In this document: piece after piece, positions 13,713 to 26,550 of the stretch
How positions within the stretch are numbered: the first letter of the stretch is position 1
How the letters are laid out: each line of letters begins with the position of its first letter
Source of the DNA: Atractiella rhizophila
Taxonomy: Eukaryota
Length of the DNA: 63,505 nucleotides
NCBI GenBank assembly: GCA_021432655.1
Contig: MU271246.1
Location: 62,001-125,505 of the forward strand
Direction: 5' to 3'
Translations under genes and position numbers: made by a program
The notes under the pieces: generated by a model
Database searches by the model: none
The model's input: only the letters and a program-made list of their open reading frames with translations
What the model was told of the DNA's origin: nothing

Positions 13713-14369
13713 CTACCCGGCATTGGTTCCACCTGCTGCACTGCTCTTACAAGCTACAATCTTGCACTTGTCCGTTTTTATCGATTCTCCTCCCTCCATC
13801 TTAAAGGTAGCGTCCTATAACCCACACAGAATCTACCATTAGTGGGTTTGGTAGCGGACATAGGATGAATTGGGGGGGAACAAAGGGACGGACAGACCTT
13901 TACCATGAAGGTCCACACCTCATCACATAACCGATACGTGCTCAAATGCCCTTTAATCGTAGCTTTTGATTTTGTCTGATTTGTGCTGAGGGCTGCTGCC
14001 GCTGCTCTGTCGAACTGTAACGCCACAAAAGAAAAATTCACGTGTCAGTGACGCGTTCCATGTCCTGTCCACAGCTCATATGTCGCTCATGGCAGCACAA
14101 ATATGCTTTTGGTAGCAGAGGATTTCTTAAACACAAAAGTAGAATCAAGTCATGCGACAATAGCTACCCGTCTGCTCATAAGTAGCCAAGGAACGCACCT
14201 GGTGCAGCACTTTCAAAGCCAGCTGAGGGTTGATATGTCCACTTTGTATTAGTTCGTCTAGCGAATCCATGAGAGCAACACCAATAGTTGACCTGCGGTA
14301 GAGCTCGTAGAATGGTGTTCCTGTCGGGTTGGTGGCGGCTGCTTGGCTGGATTCTGGTGGAGTGGCCAT
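13713..14369 (-). CDS. TOA2: Transcription initiation factor IIA gamma (small) subunit
   Basis: [56 protein letters not shown] and KCKIVAC. Confidence 0.97.
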
Positions 14370-14987
14370 GACGTCTGGCGCTCGAGGGCACTGGAGAACG
14401 AGTGGAAGATACGTGAAGGACAAAGTTGTGGGATGGACGTTGGTAATGCAAGTGCTTGACTAGACAAAGACTAACATTGAAGTGTTAACATTCACTTTAA
14501 CAAGGTTCATTGGCTCGATACTGTTCATTAATAATCCTATAGCATCTCTATTGGCCATTGCTATAAAGTTATCTGAAAAAGATATCCAGTCCCCGAATTC
14601 GGCTACGTGCCGTTCTTTCTTACTATAGTGGTCGTGTTCAACCAACAACCGCTATATCCATACCGCATTACACGGTTGCAGTTCAAGTTGTCGAGATGCA
14701 TCAGTCCGAAATCGGAGGAGAAAAGGAGCAAATGGAAACTTCTCCCTGAGGCTAGATGATGGACGCCGAGTTTTCTTTCGCTGCTTGCTGAGGAGGAGAC
14801 GGGAGGTGCTGCCCGTGAATTCAGTCGCATAGTCCGAAATCGGGGAATGATACTGATTGAAGGCGCGGCCTCCAGTAGCTTGTATACCAAGAAAGTCTAG
14901 CTTCCTATAAAACAGTGCGACGCGCCGTGCACAGTTAAGAATCATAGATTCCTAAAACGAACAGAAGACGTATACTCCTAGCGTATA

Positions 14988-16483
14988 ATGTCGAAGAATT
15001 CCCTTAGACAATTAGGCAAAAATGGCCCCTTCAGTGTGCTCTCCTTCTTAGTCTTAATGAATGCTAGCAGCTTCGTTGATATCGGCTTGCGATGATCTAG
15101 TCCCAGCCCTTGGATACGGCGCTATGGGGCTCTCAGCTTTCTATCAAGGTTCCCTGTCAGACGAAGAGAGCAGGAGGCTCTTGAAAAAGGCATAGTGGAG
15201 CCTCTTACTTGTTGCGGCACCGAATTGATCGCCAATCCTGATAGGTTCTCGATTTGGGAATTCAACATGTTGACACAGCAGCTCTGTGCGTTTTCTCCAT
15301 ATAAAGTTCAACCCAGTGATAAAACCTGTTCAGGTATGGGAATGGAAAGAACGAGGTCTTAATTGGAAGCGTTTTGCAAGATCCAGAGTATAGGAAAAAG
15401 TGCTTTATCGCGACGAAGGTGCTTTCTCCTCGTGAATAAGCAGTTCAAGATCTCATGAAGAATTGCACAGTTTGGCTCGGTGTTTGATAAGGATGGGAAG
15501 CTCCATATTTCAGGCAAACCCGTAGTAGTTAGACAATCATGCGAAGCCTCTTTGGCAAGGCTACAAGTGGATACCATCGACTTATACTATCAATCGCGTG
15601 TAGGTCATCCCTCACATCCATCTACCGTCTCTCTGACATAAATTGGAGGTCGACCGTACTATCAACATCGAAGAAACATGGGCAGAACTCGCAAAACTAC
15701 AGAAGGAAGGAAAGATTAAGCATCTTGGAATATGCGAGGCGACACCCGAGGAGATCAGGAAGGCGCATTCCATCGCACCTATCCAAGTCTGCGAGATTGA
15801 ATTCTCGTTATGGACACCGGACATTAGGACAAACGGGATATTGGACACTTGTCGCGAGTTAGGCATTGCGATTGTCGCATACTCTCCACTAGGAAGAGGT
15901 ACGCATGACATCTCCTTTCTGTCGTTCATGGGAGATTGACGGTCAACAGGATTCCTCACTGGTGCATATAAGCCAGAGGATTTTGGGAAGGACGATATCA
16001 GGGCTGTCAGTCCTCGTTTCCGGAAAGAAGCGTTCGAAGAGGTATCTCATTTTCTTCCCCGTTTTGCATTGTGCTCAAACACTATCAAAGAATATGAAAC
16101 TGGTAGACGCTGTGCAGAAAGTGGCAGACAGGAAACTGTGCACNNNNNNNNNNNNNNNNNNNNNNNNNNNNNNNNNNNNNNNNNNNNNNNNNNNNNNNNN
16201 NNNNNNNNNNNNNNNNNNNNNNNNNNNNNNNNNNNNNNNNNNNNNNNNNNNNNNNNNNNNNNNNNNNNNNNNNNNNNNNNNNNNNNNNNNNNNNNNNNNN
16301 NNNNNNNNNNNNNNNNNNNNNNNNNNNNNNNNNNNNNNNNNNNNNNNNNNNNNNNNNNNNNNNNNNNNNNNNNNNNNNNNNNNCAAGGTGGTGGGAATGA
16401 GGTGTGTCCAGCTTTTGAACGCAGCAGAAAACTGATTTAAAAGGTATCCTGCGCCGTCTAATGCAATGGGAACGGCTTTTTGA
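14988..16483 (+). CDS. Aldo-keto reductase, copy 2 (close paralog of copy 1; spans an N gap)
   Basis: Same motifs and exon layout as 11888-13378 ([49 protein letters not shown]). Confidence 0.9.
16144..16383. other. Assembly gap (240 N)
   Basis: Run of N inside AKR copy 2. Its size is similar to the equivalent segment of copy 1. Confidence 0.99.
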
Positions 16484-16631
16484 ACTGGATTATATACTTC
16501 AGTCGCATTACAGAATATCTCCATAAACACATCAATACTTCGAGAGCCTGCATTCATAGGCCAGCAATCGTCCACATTTCAAGCTCTTGTAGCTGGTTCA
16601 TAAGTCGAGCACCAATAATTTTTGGGAGAAA

Positions 16632-16673
16632 TGGCTTTCGATCACATTTGCGTGGCTTTCGATCACATTTGCG
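16632..16673. repeat. 21-bp tandem duplication (tggctttcgatcacatttgcg x2)
   Basis: Directly visible. Confidence 0.9.
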
Positions 16674-17089
16674 TGCTTGAAGAAGTCCATCCCTGTCCAT
16701 CTCCTCCGCCATCTTTTTGCAAGACTTAGCTCTGTTGAACTTTTGTGCCGGCGAGACAACACAATCGCAACCCAAACACTAGAAGTAGACACTCTCAGAC
16801 TGCATGTGATAATAAAACTATGACACAACCCAGTCCACCATTTGCTTCCGCACTTCCGCCCGTTGCCCAGAGATTAGCATGAAGCTTTTCACCCCAATGG
16901 CGGCCCTTTTTCAAGTGTGATTATCTTCCTAGCTTTACAATACAGCACTTCTGTAACGCAATAACTAGGTGAGGCAATCCCTTTGCCAGTCAGAATATCT
17001 CAAGCCTGCTCTCATTCAGGTACTAGTACGAGATGGATTCTGAAGCGTAGAGAGGATCAAGTGAACTATTAGAAATATCATTACCAAGT

Positions 17090-19787
17090 ATGCCCTTGAA
17101 TGTAGGCAATTTTCAACGACTGATGCCTCTACTAGCTACAATGAGCTGCGTGGCTTGTCAAACTCACAAGAGGGATTGTCTTCCTTCCACCCAGGGGTCT
17201 CAGTGCCTCCCATGTTTACACGAAGGAACTTCGTGCTCACTCGTGAAGAAAGGGTCAAAACGCAAACGCCATGATGCGGATGTTGACCCAGCGCGAACAC
17301 GGTTTGTATTTACGACACCATTCTCATTTGTGAGGCACTGAACCTCATATCTAGATGGGACCTAAATCAACTATCAGAAGGAGCTTATAGCTCCTCGAAG
17401 GCCTTGTACGCTGATATCGCGAAAATTCGGCAAAAGCAAAAGCGGGGATCTTCCGGCACTGCAACCACCCACGTCTCAAGTTCTGTCAAAGATGTTTCAG
17501 CCTCAAAATCGAAGGCTCGGTCTGTACCCATCGTTCCTCTTTTCCCCAGGAGTTATGCCTCACTGATGCACAAAGCAGGGCGACGGGCAACAAAAAAGGC
17601 TACGATCATTTACTTTCGCATGTCTCGAAGAAAATGTTAAAGTCGATTCAATCTATCCAATTGGGAGAACCGGAATTGAACTCTAGACTTGGAAGACATC
17701 AGCTCGCACTGAGCCTCGGGGACCACCTAATAAGATGTACGCTTATCACTTGAGGAGACACACTGACTTTGGAGTAGTGGGCATAGATTACTCACCTACT
17801 ATCCTCAGAGGCGTTAGTTCTCATGAGTTACCAGCTTCTTACACTTCCTACCAGGAGCTCAAAGCGGAGAACTCGAAAGAATTTAGTGACTACACTGATG
17901 TGAAGATTTTATTTCCGCTTTCGAGTTCTGAATAAAACTATTCCAGATTTGGATATCTTATATCTTGGTGCTAGGTGTGAAATGGACTTCACACTCGGTA
18001 CGTCACATCTCTTGTTCATTCATGGTGTCTTCTAGTCACTTGCTCCCTCCGTTTCATTCATATTTCCATCATGGCCTTTCCTGCTAGAAAGTGCAAATCT
18101 GACTTGTACGCGAAGGCAGTCCTTGGTAGGCACAGTATGCCTTCGGTACCTCGAACAACAACTTTGGAGAATCCACTAGACCTCCGCTCTCAAGGTTACG
18201 CTCGTCACAGCGTTCGCATGTCTCTGTTGCGCCAATGTGTCAACTTCGCTGCGTCGTCGCCAACATCACCATTACTCGATCGCCCTAATCTATCTTCACT
18301 CACAATAGTCTTGTCAATCATCAGCTCGGCACATAACTGGAGTATAGAATCTGTGAAACCTCTGCTTAGATTAGCCGTGGAATGTTTCAGACAAATTTGC
18401 CTGCAAGCTCAGACTGTCGAAGTAAGGGGTACTGAGGAGTTTGAGAGCTGTTTTGAGTCACTATTTGTATGTCCTTCGTACATAAAACTCTGAATAAACT
18501 AATCGACGCGTTGTACCAGGTGTTTGATATCAGCGTCAATACAGCCTGCGGGGACCCGCCTGCTCTGTAGGTGACATTTCTTCAATCTCAAAAGCGTTTA
18601 ATGAGAGTCACTATTTAGGACGGATGCTGAGATTCAGACCGCTCTCCAGAATTTAGATGTGGACCCGGAGCTCTACATTGATCCATTCTACTTCTACCTG
18701 CACCAAGAGAGACTGTTGAGCCAATGGCCCTACGCTGGAGAAATAAACGCGTGGACCATACGACGACGGTTTGCCTTCTCGAGTTCGTCATTTTTGGGAG
18801 TTTGGCCCGGCGAGCTGACCGTTCTCCCTCTTTGGGTTCTCACTGTAGGTGATAAGATCAAACAAGGCGTGGTAAGCGAGGAGGAGGCACAACATCTTTG
18901 CCTCGAAATGATTCAGCTCTGCGCAAACTTTCGACTCTGGCGTGAATCAACTTTCGAAATCATCACCGAATCGCTACAAGGGATCAAAAACAGAGAACAA
19001 GCACATCTGCGCTCTTCAACGGGAGAAGAGAACTTCACCACTTCAATCATGATCCAAAGTCGCGAATGCAAGACAGTCTTCATGGTCGCAAGCCTCCTTC
19101 AGACCTGCCGAGAACTCTGGCCAGACAATCGAGCCTTTGTGGAAATGGCTCAAGCTGTGGACCTCGCCTGCGACCAACAAATCCACCTGATACTAGACGC
19201 ATTCGACATTGTGCTCCGGAGAAACATGGTCCTGCCCAGGCCGATGCTCGACGACGGCTTCAGTGGAAAGCTCATCCACATGTTTGGAAGTTCGTTCCAA
19301 CCAGGTTACCTCTTTCTTTGGTCGAGACGGTTTCCGGAACGAAAGGCGCTCATCCACCGGTTAGTTTGGTCCGACTCTGTCCCATGACTGATGGTTTTCG
19401 TCTGCCTTGTCGCTTAGGTTGATGGTGATCTTGAAACACCTTTCGTTCTTTGCGATTGACGTGGCAGAACAAGCAACCGTTCAAGAGGAGCTTGAGGCTG
19501 CTGCTTTGAGAGAAGAGGTCTGGTTTTGCTTTGGCATGGAGAACCGAAAAGTTGACGAAACTCCTTCGTAGCTGATGGTGCTTCATAGTCTACCATCCAC
19601 TAGTATCCCGGACGCAGAGCATTTCAACCATCTTGAAACTCTCAACTCCATCGTCACATCGCCATTCGATCCATCCCCCGATGGGATAAGATCCTATTTG
19701 AAGAGCCCTTCGCCTTCGATTGTAGATTTTTCTGATACCCTGAACGCTGTGATCGCGCCGCCAGCGATGTCGACGGGTTGTGATTGA
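17090..19787 (+). CDS. Zn(II)2Cys6 fungal transcription factor, multi-exon
   Basis: CVACQTHKRDCLPSTQGSQCLPCLHEGTSC binuclear cluster followed by a basic KKGSKRKR stretch. Downstream exons in ORFs 18071-18493, 18659-19387 and 19575-19787. Start uncertain. Confidence 0.8.
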
Positions 19788-20120
19788 ATCTCTCTTGAAG
19801 TCTCTGCGGTGTGGTCTAACACCTTGACATTATGCACACCTTGGGATGTGCGTTCACCTGTGCATAATCTTACTGTTGGCTTCAGTCGAAGATGAACTGT
19901 TTCTGATTTTTATCAAGTTTTCTCCATACGGATCAGGAAGAAAAGATGATTAACAACTCTCATGTACATTCGTATCCTGATTTTGAAGCTTTATACAAGC
20001 ACAGAGAAGAATGTTCATAATCGTTCAATCGTAACAAATTTTGAAAAGCAAAGCAAAGAAACCATCGCGTCCTCTTCTTTAGTCTGAGTCCATTCAAATT
20101 TCTTCGTATGTCTTCATGTT

Positions 20121-21107
20121 TTAAAGGACAAAAACGAAACCTGCTGCAACTCCGACCAATCCGACAAGGGTCGAGGAGACAGTAAGACGAGAAGCGGGAG
20201 AGTTCCCTCCAGTGGCTCCAGTAGTGGGGGCCTGAACGTGGGAGAGATTAGTTTTGGGTGTTAAGGCAAACAAAGAGGACATACTGGGTTCGCGGCGCTC
20301 TGAGCAGCATTGCTAGCGCTGGCGACCACACTGCTGATGCTAGCCAAGATGGAACTGTGGGCAGCAGCATCCGTGACCGTGGTGGCAGCGGCAGCGGCAG
20401 AGGAAGCGCTAGCGAGGACGCTAGAGAGGGAAGCGTTGGCGGCGGATGCGGCAGAAGAGGCGGCTGAAGCGGCTGAGGAAGCAGAGGAAGCGGCGGAGGC
20501 AGCTGAGGAGGAAGCGGCAGAGGCACTGGCGGATGCGGCGGAGGAGAAGGAGGAGAGGATGGAGGAGGCAGACACGCTTGCTCCTCCGGCTCCTCCTCCT
20601 ACCCCGGATCCCGTAGCGGTTGAGGACGCGCTCGACTCAGTTGGGCTGGCGGTGGCGCTGGATCCTGCAGATGATCCTGTACATTTCATTTGTTAGCTTT
20701 GAATGTGATGGATGTAAGCAGGGGACGCACCACTTCCACCTCCACCTCCAAGAGCATTCGCACACAGATCAGCACCAGCCAAGAGAGCAGTTTGGAGCTC
20801 GTCTCCAGTCTATCGACAGGTTCTCAGTCCCCGCTGCTCAAACTGGGAAACAACAAAGACAAACACAGTGATCCCTCGCGCATTGTGCATAAGCAGCCGT
20901 GAAGCTCTGGACTTGGCAAACGGCGGCTACATCTCCAGAAGGGGTACCAGGGGCGAGGGAGGATTGTTCCTGGAACTTCCTATCGAGACAGCGCTGAGCG
21001 CAAGCGGGGGTGCCTTCTGGGAAAGTAGGTGCCTGTCTCTTGTAGACGGGGAAGGTGAGGGGGGTGGCGAGGACGGTCGCAGCGAGCAGAGGGAGGAAGG
21101 CGATCAT
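20121..21107 (-). CDS. Secreted GPI-anchored CFEM-like protein with Ser/Ala-rich stalk
   Basis: Signal peptide MIAFLPLLAATVLA, KR Kex2-like site, PACAQRC..D...C..C....C...C domain, SA-rich stalk, hydrophobic C-terminus LVGLVGVAAGFVFVL*. Confidence 0.8.
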
Positions 21108-21644
21108 GTTGACTATTTTTCGTTTTCGTTAAGCGAGGAAGTCGTGAAATTTGACGTGAATGAACTTTGCTGGTTCCTGGACGAAGGGAGGGACTCCCTT
21201 TTATATCGCAGATGAAAGACGTCAGCGGACAAGCGAAGAGGGATTAGAAAACTGGAAACTGGTGCCAGACGTGAAAAAGCGCAGGGTTTGACGCACCGTT
21301 GACGCCTCCAGATGCACTTGCAAACTGGATCCGTTTTATCGACTGCGTCATTCGTTCCCTCGCGTATTTTGCCGTGTTTTGAGGACTGCCATACGTAAGC
21401 TGTTCACTCGTGAAACTGGGATTGCTGATCCCGTCACCAAAGGTTGACCAAAGCGGGGCTACGTAAGATGATCTCGATCCGCAAGTAGCTCAGATTTCTC
21501 GCGTGCTCAATCGTAGTAATGAAAGTGACGTCACATAATGAGGGAGGAGTTCACGTGTCATTATCATTGTTGCCTTCCATAATATCGACAAAGCTTTGCA
21601 AGGAATCTCGTAATTCAGAACGATCCGAAACATACAATAAGTGT

Positions 21645-23203
21645 TCAGAGAGCCAAGGTATGCTCCACGAACTTGTTGTATCTCCCTCCCACCACACCTT
21701 GCACTGCGTCCCTGACTTCAGCTGCTTCTTCATCCGTCAACACCACATCCAGAGCCTTCAGATTTTCTCGCACTACATGCGGCCTAGACTATGGTATTCG
21801 CATACGCTAATCAACAATAAGGCTTGGAGGGACAAAGAGCACCTACGCTTCCAGGAATAGGCACGAATCCTTCCCATTGCTTCAATATCCAAGCGAGGCA
21901 GAGTTGGGGAGCGGTGACGCCTTTTCTTTCCGCTATGCTCAGGAATTTGTTGACGAGAGCTTGATTATGATCCCAATTATCGGGCTGAAATAATCATAAC
22001 ATGAGCCCACGTTGCAAGTCGAAATACAGAGGAAGGAGAAGCGGACTTGGAATCTGTCAAAAGTCCTCCGAAGGTCCTTTTCGTCCAGCTCGGTGGGTTG
22101 CTTCCATTGACCGCTTAATATTCCGCGGCCTGTAATACAGAATATGAGCAAACTCACTTCCATTATGGAGAGAACGGAGCTTACTGATAGGACTGTAAGC
22201 GATTATCGGGATTCCTAATTCCTTGCAAGCATCCAAGACTCCATTCTTCTCCACATCGAGAGAGAACGGGCTGTATTCCTCTTCGAGCTGCATACCAAAG
22301 CGGAAAAGACTCAGTATTGTTGTATCATGAACAAGTGTGGAAAAAAGCGCACAAGGGAGATAGGACAGATTGCGTGTGCCTTCCTGATTGTTTGGGCTGA
22401 GCATCTGTTCCCAGTCGTCGTCTGAGACTTTTCTTGAATGAGGGAAATAGAGGATCATACTCGGACATCCCCACGTAGTCAAACAGTCCTTCTTCAACCA
22501 ACGCTTTCAAATCCCTTGCGACTTGCTCGATGGGGACAGTAGCATCGACTAACAACCGCCATCGGTACCCAACTCTCTGTGGCTGTGTGGTGATTGAGCG
22601 AGATATACGTACCGCGAGCGGGTGAAAACATATCGAGCCTCTTCTTCCCACCCAAAAGCCTCGTGATGTTCTCCACGCTCGCTTTCAACCCTTCCTTCGA
22701 GCACGTAGGCTGGTACGTCTTCATGTCGAATGCACCCTTGACGCAGAGGAAACACTTGTCCGCATACTCGGGATGGACGCTGAAGAACCGATTGAGCAGC
22801 TTGATGTTCGCGTCAAAGTCGGAGGGAGGGCCGTAGAACTCGCCTGTCCAATTCATAGGTTAGTCGTGTCAGGTTATTTTGAGAGAGAGAGACGAACCCG
22901 CGTTCAGGTATGTCGACCCTCCGTCTATAGCGCTCTTGATTGCTTCTATAGCCTGGGATTCCGATACAGGATCAAGGTCGTTCTTTGCCGTCCTTTATTC
23001 ATCATTGTCAAACCTACGAAGAAAGGAGCAACGAAGAAACGCACAAGCTCAACAGGCCGTATCCTATTCTTCCTATCGTCGTGCTCTTGCTCAGACCTTT
23101 GATGGTGATATTTTGTCCAGTAAGCATATTGTTTTCTTCTGCTATAGTGCTCGATGATGAGACCTTGGAGGTGAGCGAGCTGCCTTTTATACATCTTCTT
23201 CAT
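21645..23203 (-). CDS. Aldo-keto reductase, pyridoxal reductase-like
   Basis: GEFYGPP, YADKCFLCVKG, LDMFSPAR, LVEEGLFDYVGMSE, EYSPFS, IAYSP and GRGILSG motifs. Confidence 0.9.
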
Positions 23204-23662
23204 AAAACGGCTATCCGAAGTCGGTTGCACTTTCTCTGCTACCGGATGTGTTCCATCAGATGGATTATGAAGCGGAACGGAGGGGAAGAGGAAAGACGTA
23301 CAACGTCACGTGATTTACGGTAAGAATACAGCTCAGGTCTCGCTGCAAAATTCAGAGGCGTGCTTCTGTCCAAAGATGGGCATATGGAAATGTGCGGTCA
23401 GTCTCCTGGAGACTGCATAAACAACAGGTCGAAATATCGGGAGGATTGGGTTTACACACTGACATGCCTGCCTCCCCTTAACCAATGCCAATCGTCGTGT
23501 TTCCTCCTCCAAATATTAACCATCTCTTCTTAAACAAGTCATCGGCCTTCTTCGTCAGGCCCGCCAACCCACGATCTGTTTGATATCTTGCCCAGATTCC
23601 CTCTAGAATCATGCTCTGATCAGTCTGGCCCATACACCAGAAAAATCATCCTTACGTTCAGC

Positions 23663-24081
23663 CTAATTTGATATCCTCTGCTCTATATGGTTATCGAAGG
23701 GGCTGCACAGAGTTTGTAATTGTCTGAAGCACTTTACTTTCCCGTTTTGATTTCCCACTTCAATATAGAGTGGTTTTGCCTCCTCGAACGCCTTCTTTGC
23801 ATCCTCATTCTGGCCACATTGAAAATTAATATCCCCTATTTCATAGATGCAGTCGACTTCATCCAGTCGATTCCCCACTGCAATAGAGTGCCTTTGCCTC
23901 CTCTAACGCTCTCAGTGCATCCTTGTTCCGGCCGCATTGAAAATGAACTTTCCCAATGCTGCGAACACAGAGGGCTTGATCCTGTTGAGATCCCACTTCC
24001 ATGTAGAGCACCTTTGCCTCTTCGAAAGCCTTCAGAGCATCCTCATTCCGCCCACATTGAAAATCAATATCCCCAATGCTG
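23663..24081 (-). pseudogene. 3' end of a TPR-repeat NLR gene (about three 40-aa repeats plus C-terminus), with a 2-nt frameshift
   Basis: SIGDIDFQCGRNEDALKAFEEAKVLYMEVG repeats, same type as in ORF 26876-29929. Spacing between units is 120 then 118 nt, with the frameshift at about 23883. Confidence 0.75.
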
Positions 24082-24106
24082 NNNNNNNNNNNNNNNNNNN
24101 NNNNNN
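24082..24106. other. Assembly gap (25 N)
   Basis: Exactly 25 N. Confidence 0.99.
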
Positions 24107-26550
24107 GTAAAAGCTACACCCGCCTTACTCCTACGAGACTTCCGAAAGCTTCTCCGTTTCCACGAGATGTACCTTCACCCTAGAGCTGTCCCAGTTCGAC
24201 TGACACAAACACCGTAACCCCTATAAGTAAAAGCTACACCCGCCTTACTCCTACGAGACTTCCGAAAGCTTCTCCGTTTCCACGAGATGTACCTTCACCC
24301 TATAGCTGTCCCAGTTCGGCTGACACAAGTGCCGTAACCCCTATAACTAAAAGCTATACCCGCCTTACTCCTACGAGACTTCCGAAAGCTTCTCCGTTTC
24401 CACGAGATGTACCTTCACCCTATAGCTGTCCCAGTTCGGCTGACACAAGTGCCGTAACCCCTATAACTAAAAGCTATACCCGCCTTACTCCTACGAGACT
24501 TCCGAAAGCTTCTCCGTTTCCACGAGATGTACCTTCACCCTATAGCTGTCCCAGTTCGGTAGACACAAGTGCCGTAACCCCTATAAGTAAAAGCTACACC
24601 CGCCTTACTCCTACGAGACTTCCGAAAGCTTCTCCGTTTCCACGAGAAGTACCTTCACCCTAGAGCTGTCCCAGTTCGGCTGACACAAGTGCCGTAACCC
24701 CTATAACTAAAAAGCTATACCCGCCTTACTCCTACGAGACTTCCGAAAGCTTCTCCGTTTCCACGAGATGTACCTTCACCCTATAGCTGTCCCAGTTCGG
24801 TAGACACAAGTGCCGTAACCCCTATAAGTAAAAGCTACACCCGCCTTACTCCTACGAGACTTCCGAAAGCTTCTCCGTTTCCACGAGAAGTACCTTCACC
24901 CTAGAGCTGTCCCAGTTCGGCTGACACAAGTGCCGTAACCCCTATAACTAAAAGCTATACCCGCCTTACTCCTACGAGACTTCCGAAAGCTTCTCCGTTT
25001 CCACGAGATGTACCTTCACCCTATAGCTGTCCCAGTTCGGTAGACACAAGTGCCGTAACCCCTATAAGTAAAAGCTACACCCGCCTTACTCCTACGAGAC
25101 TTCCGAAAGCTTCTCCGTTTCCACGAGAAGTACCTTCACCCTAGAGCTGCCCAGTTCGGCTGACACAAGCCTCGTAACCCCTATAACTAAAAGTTACACC
25201 CGCCTTACTCCTACGAGACTTCCGAAAGCTTCTCCGTTTCCACGAGAAGTACCTTCACCCTAGAGCTGTCCCAGTTCGGTTGACACAAGCGTCGTAACCC
25301 CTATAAGTAAAAGTTACACCCGCCTTACTCCTACGAGACTTCCGAAAGCTTCTCCGTTTCCACGAGATGTACCTTCACCCTAGAGCTGTCCCAGTTCGAC
25401 TGACACAAACCCGTAACCCCTATAAGTAAAAGTTACACCCGCCTTACTCCTACGAGACTTCCGAAAGCTTCTCCGTTTCCACGAGATGTACCTTCACCCT
25501 ATAGCTGTCCCAGTTCGGTGACACAAGTGCCGTAACCCCTATAAGTAAAAGCTACACCCGCCTTACTCCTACGAGACTTCCGAAAGCTTCTCCGTTTCCA
25601 CGAGAAGTACCTTCACCCTAGAGCTGTCCCAGTTCGGCTGACACAAGCCTCGTAACCCCTATAACTAAAAGTTACACCCGCCTTACTCCTACGAGACTTC
25701 CGAAAGCTTCTCCGTTTCCACGAGAAGTACCTTCACCCTAGAGCTGTCCCAGTTCGGTTGACACAAGCCTCGTAACCCCTATAACTAAAAGTTACACCCG
25801 CCTTACTCCTACGAGACTTCCGAAAGCTTCTCCGTTTCCACGAGATGTACCTTCACCCTAGAGCTGTCCCAGTTCGGGCTGACACAAGCCTCGTAACCCC
25901 TATAACTAAAAGTTACACCCGCCTTACTCCTACGAGACTTCCGAAAGCTTCTCCGTTTCCACGAGATGTACCTTCACCCTAGAGCTGTCCCAGTTCGACT
26001 GACACAACCCGTAACCCCTATAAGTAAAAGTTACACCCGCCTTACTCCTACGAGACTTCCGAAAAGCTTCTCCGTTTCCACGAGAAGTACCTTCACCCTA
26101 GAGCTGTCCCAGTTCGGCTGACACAAGTGCCGTAACCCTATAACTAAAAGCTACACCCCGCCTTACACCTACGAGACTTCCGAAAACTTCTCCGTTTCCA
26201 CGAGATGTACCTTCACCCTATAGCTGTCCCAGTTCGGTAGACACAAGTGTCGTAACCCTTCCAAGTAAAAGTTACACCGGCCTTGTTCCTACGTGACTTC
26301 CGAAAGCTTCTCCGTTTCCACGAGATGTACCTTCACCCTAGAGCTGTCCCAGTTCGATTGACACAAGCGTCGTAACCCCTATAAGTAAAAGCTACACCGG
26401 TCTTACTCCTACGTTTCTTCCGCAAGCTCCTCCGTTTTGGTGAGATATAACTTCACCCTTTAGTTTTGCCCTTTCATTTCACGAAGTCTGTTAATGTTTG
26501 AGACACGTCGGGGAAGCTATTGGTATATCTCGTCTCCTATAGTTTAATCC
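24107..26550. repeat. Tandem array of about 20 x 120-bp units; mirror image (reverse, uncomplemented) of the NLR TPR coding repeats
   Basis: The base-by-base complement read left to right translates as HFRCGRNEDALKAFEEAKVLYMEVGSRQGQADCVCGIGDI. Units start at about 24107, 24227, 24347 ... 26386. Confidence 0.95.

Noticed and set aside
20310..20696. Plus-strand Ala/Glu-rich ORF
   Set aside because: Antisense of the Ser/Ala stalk of the CFEM-like gene.
23720..24217. Plus-strand ORF across the gap, and the similar ORF at 27124-27657
   Set aside because: Antisense shadows of the TPR repeats.
24107..26550. Array interpreted as CRISPR, satellite, telomeric (contains taaccc) or 5S-like RNA repeats
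   Set aside because: There are no unique spacers and the context is eukaryotic. The whole unit is explained as mirrored TPR codons; taaccc is the complement of att ggg (Ile-Gly).
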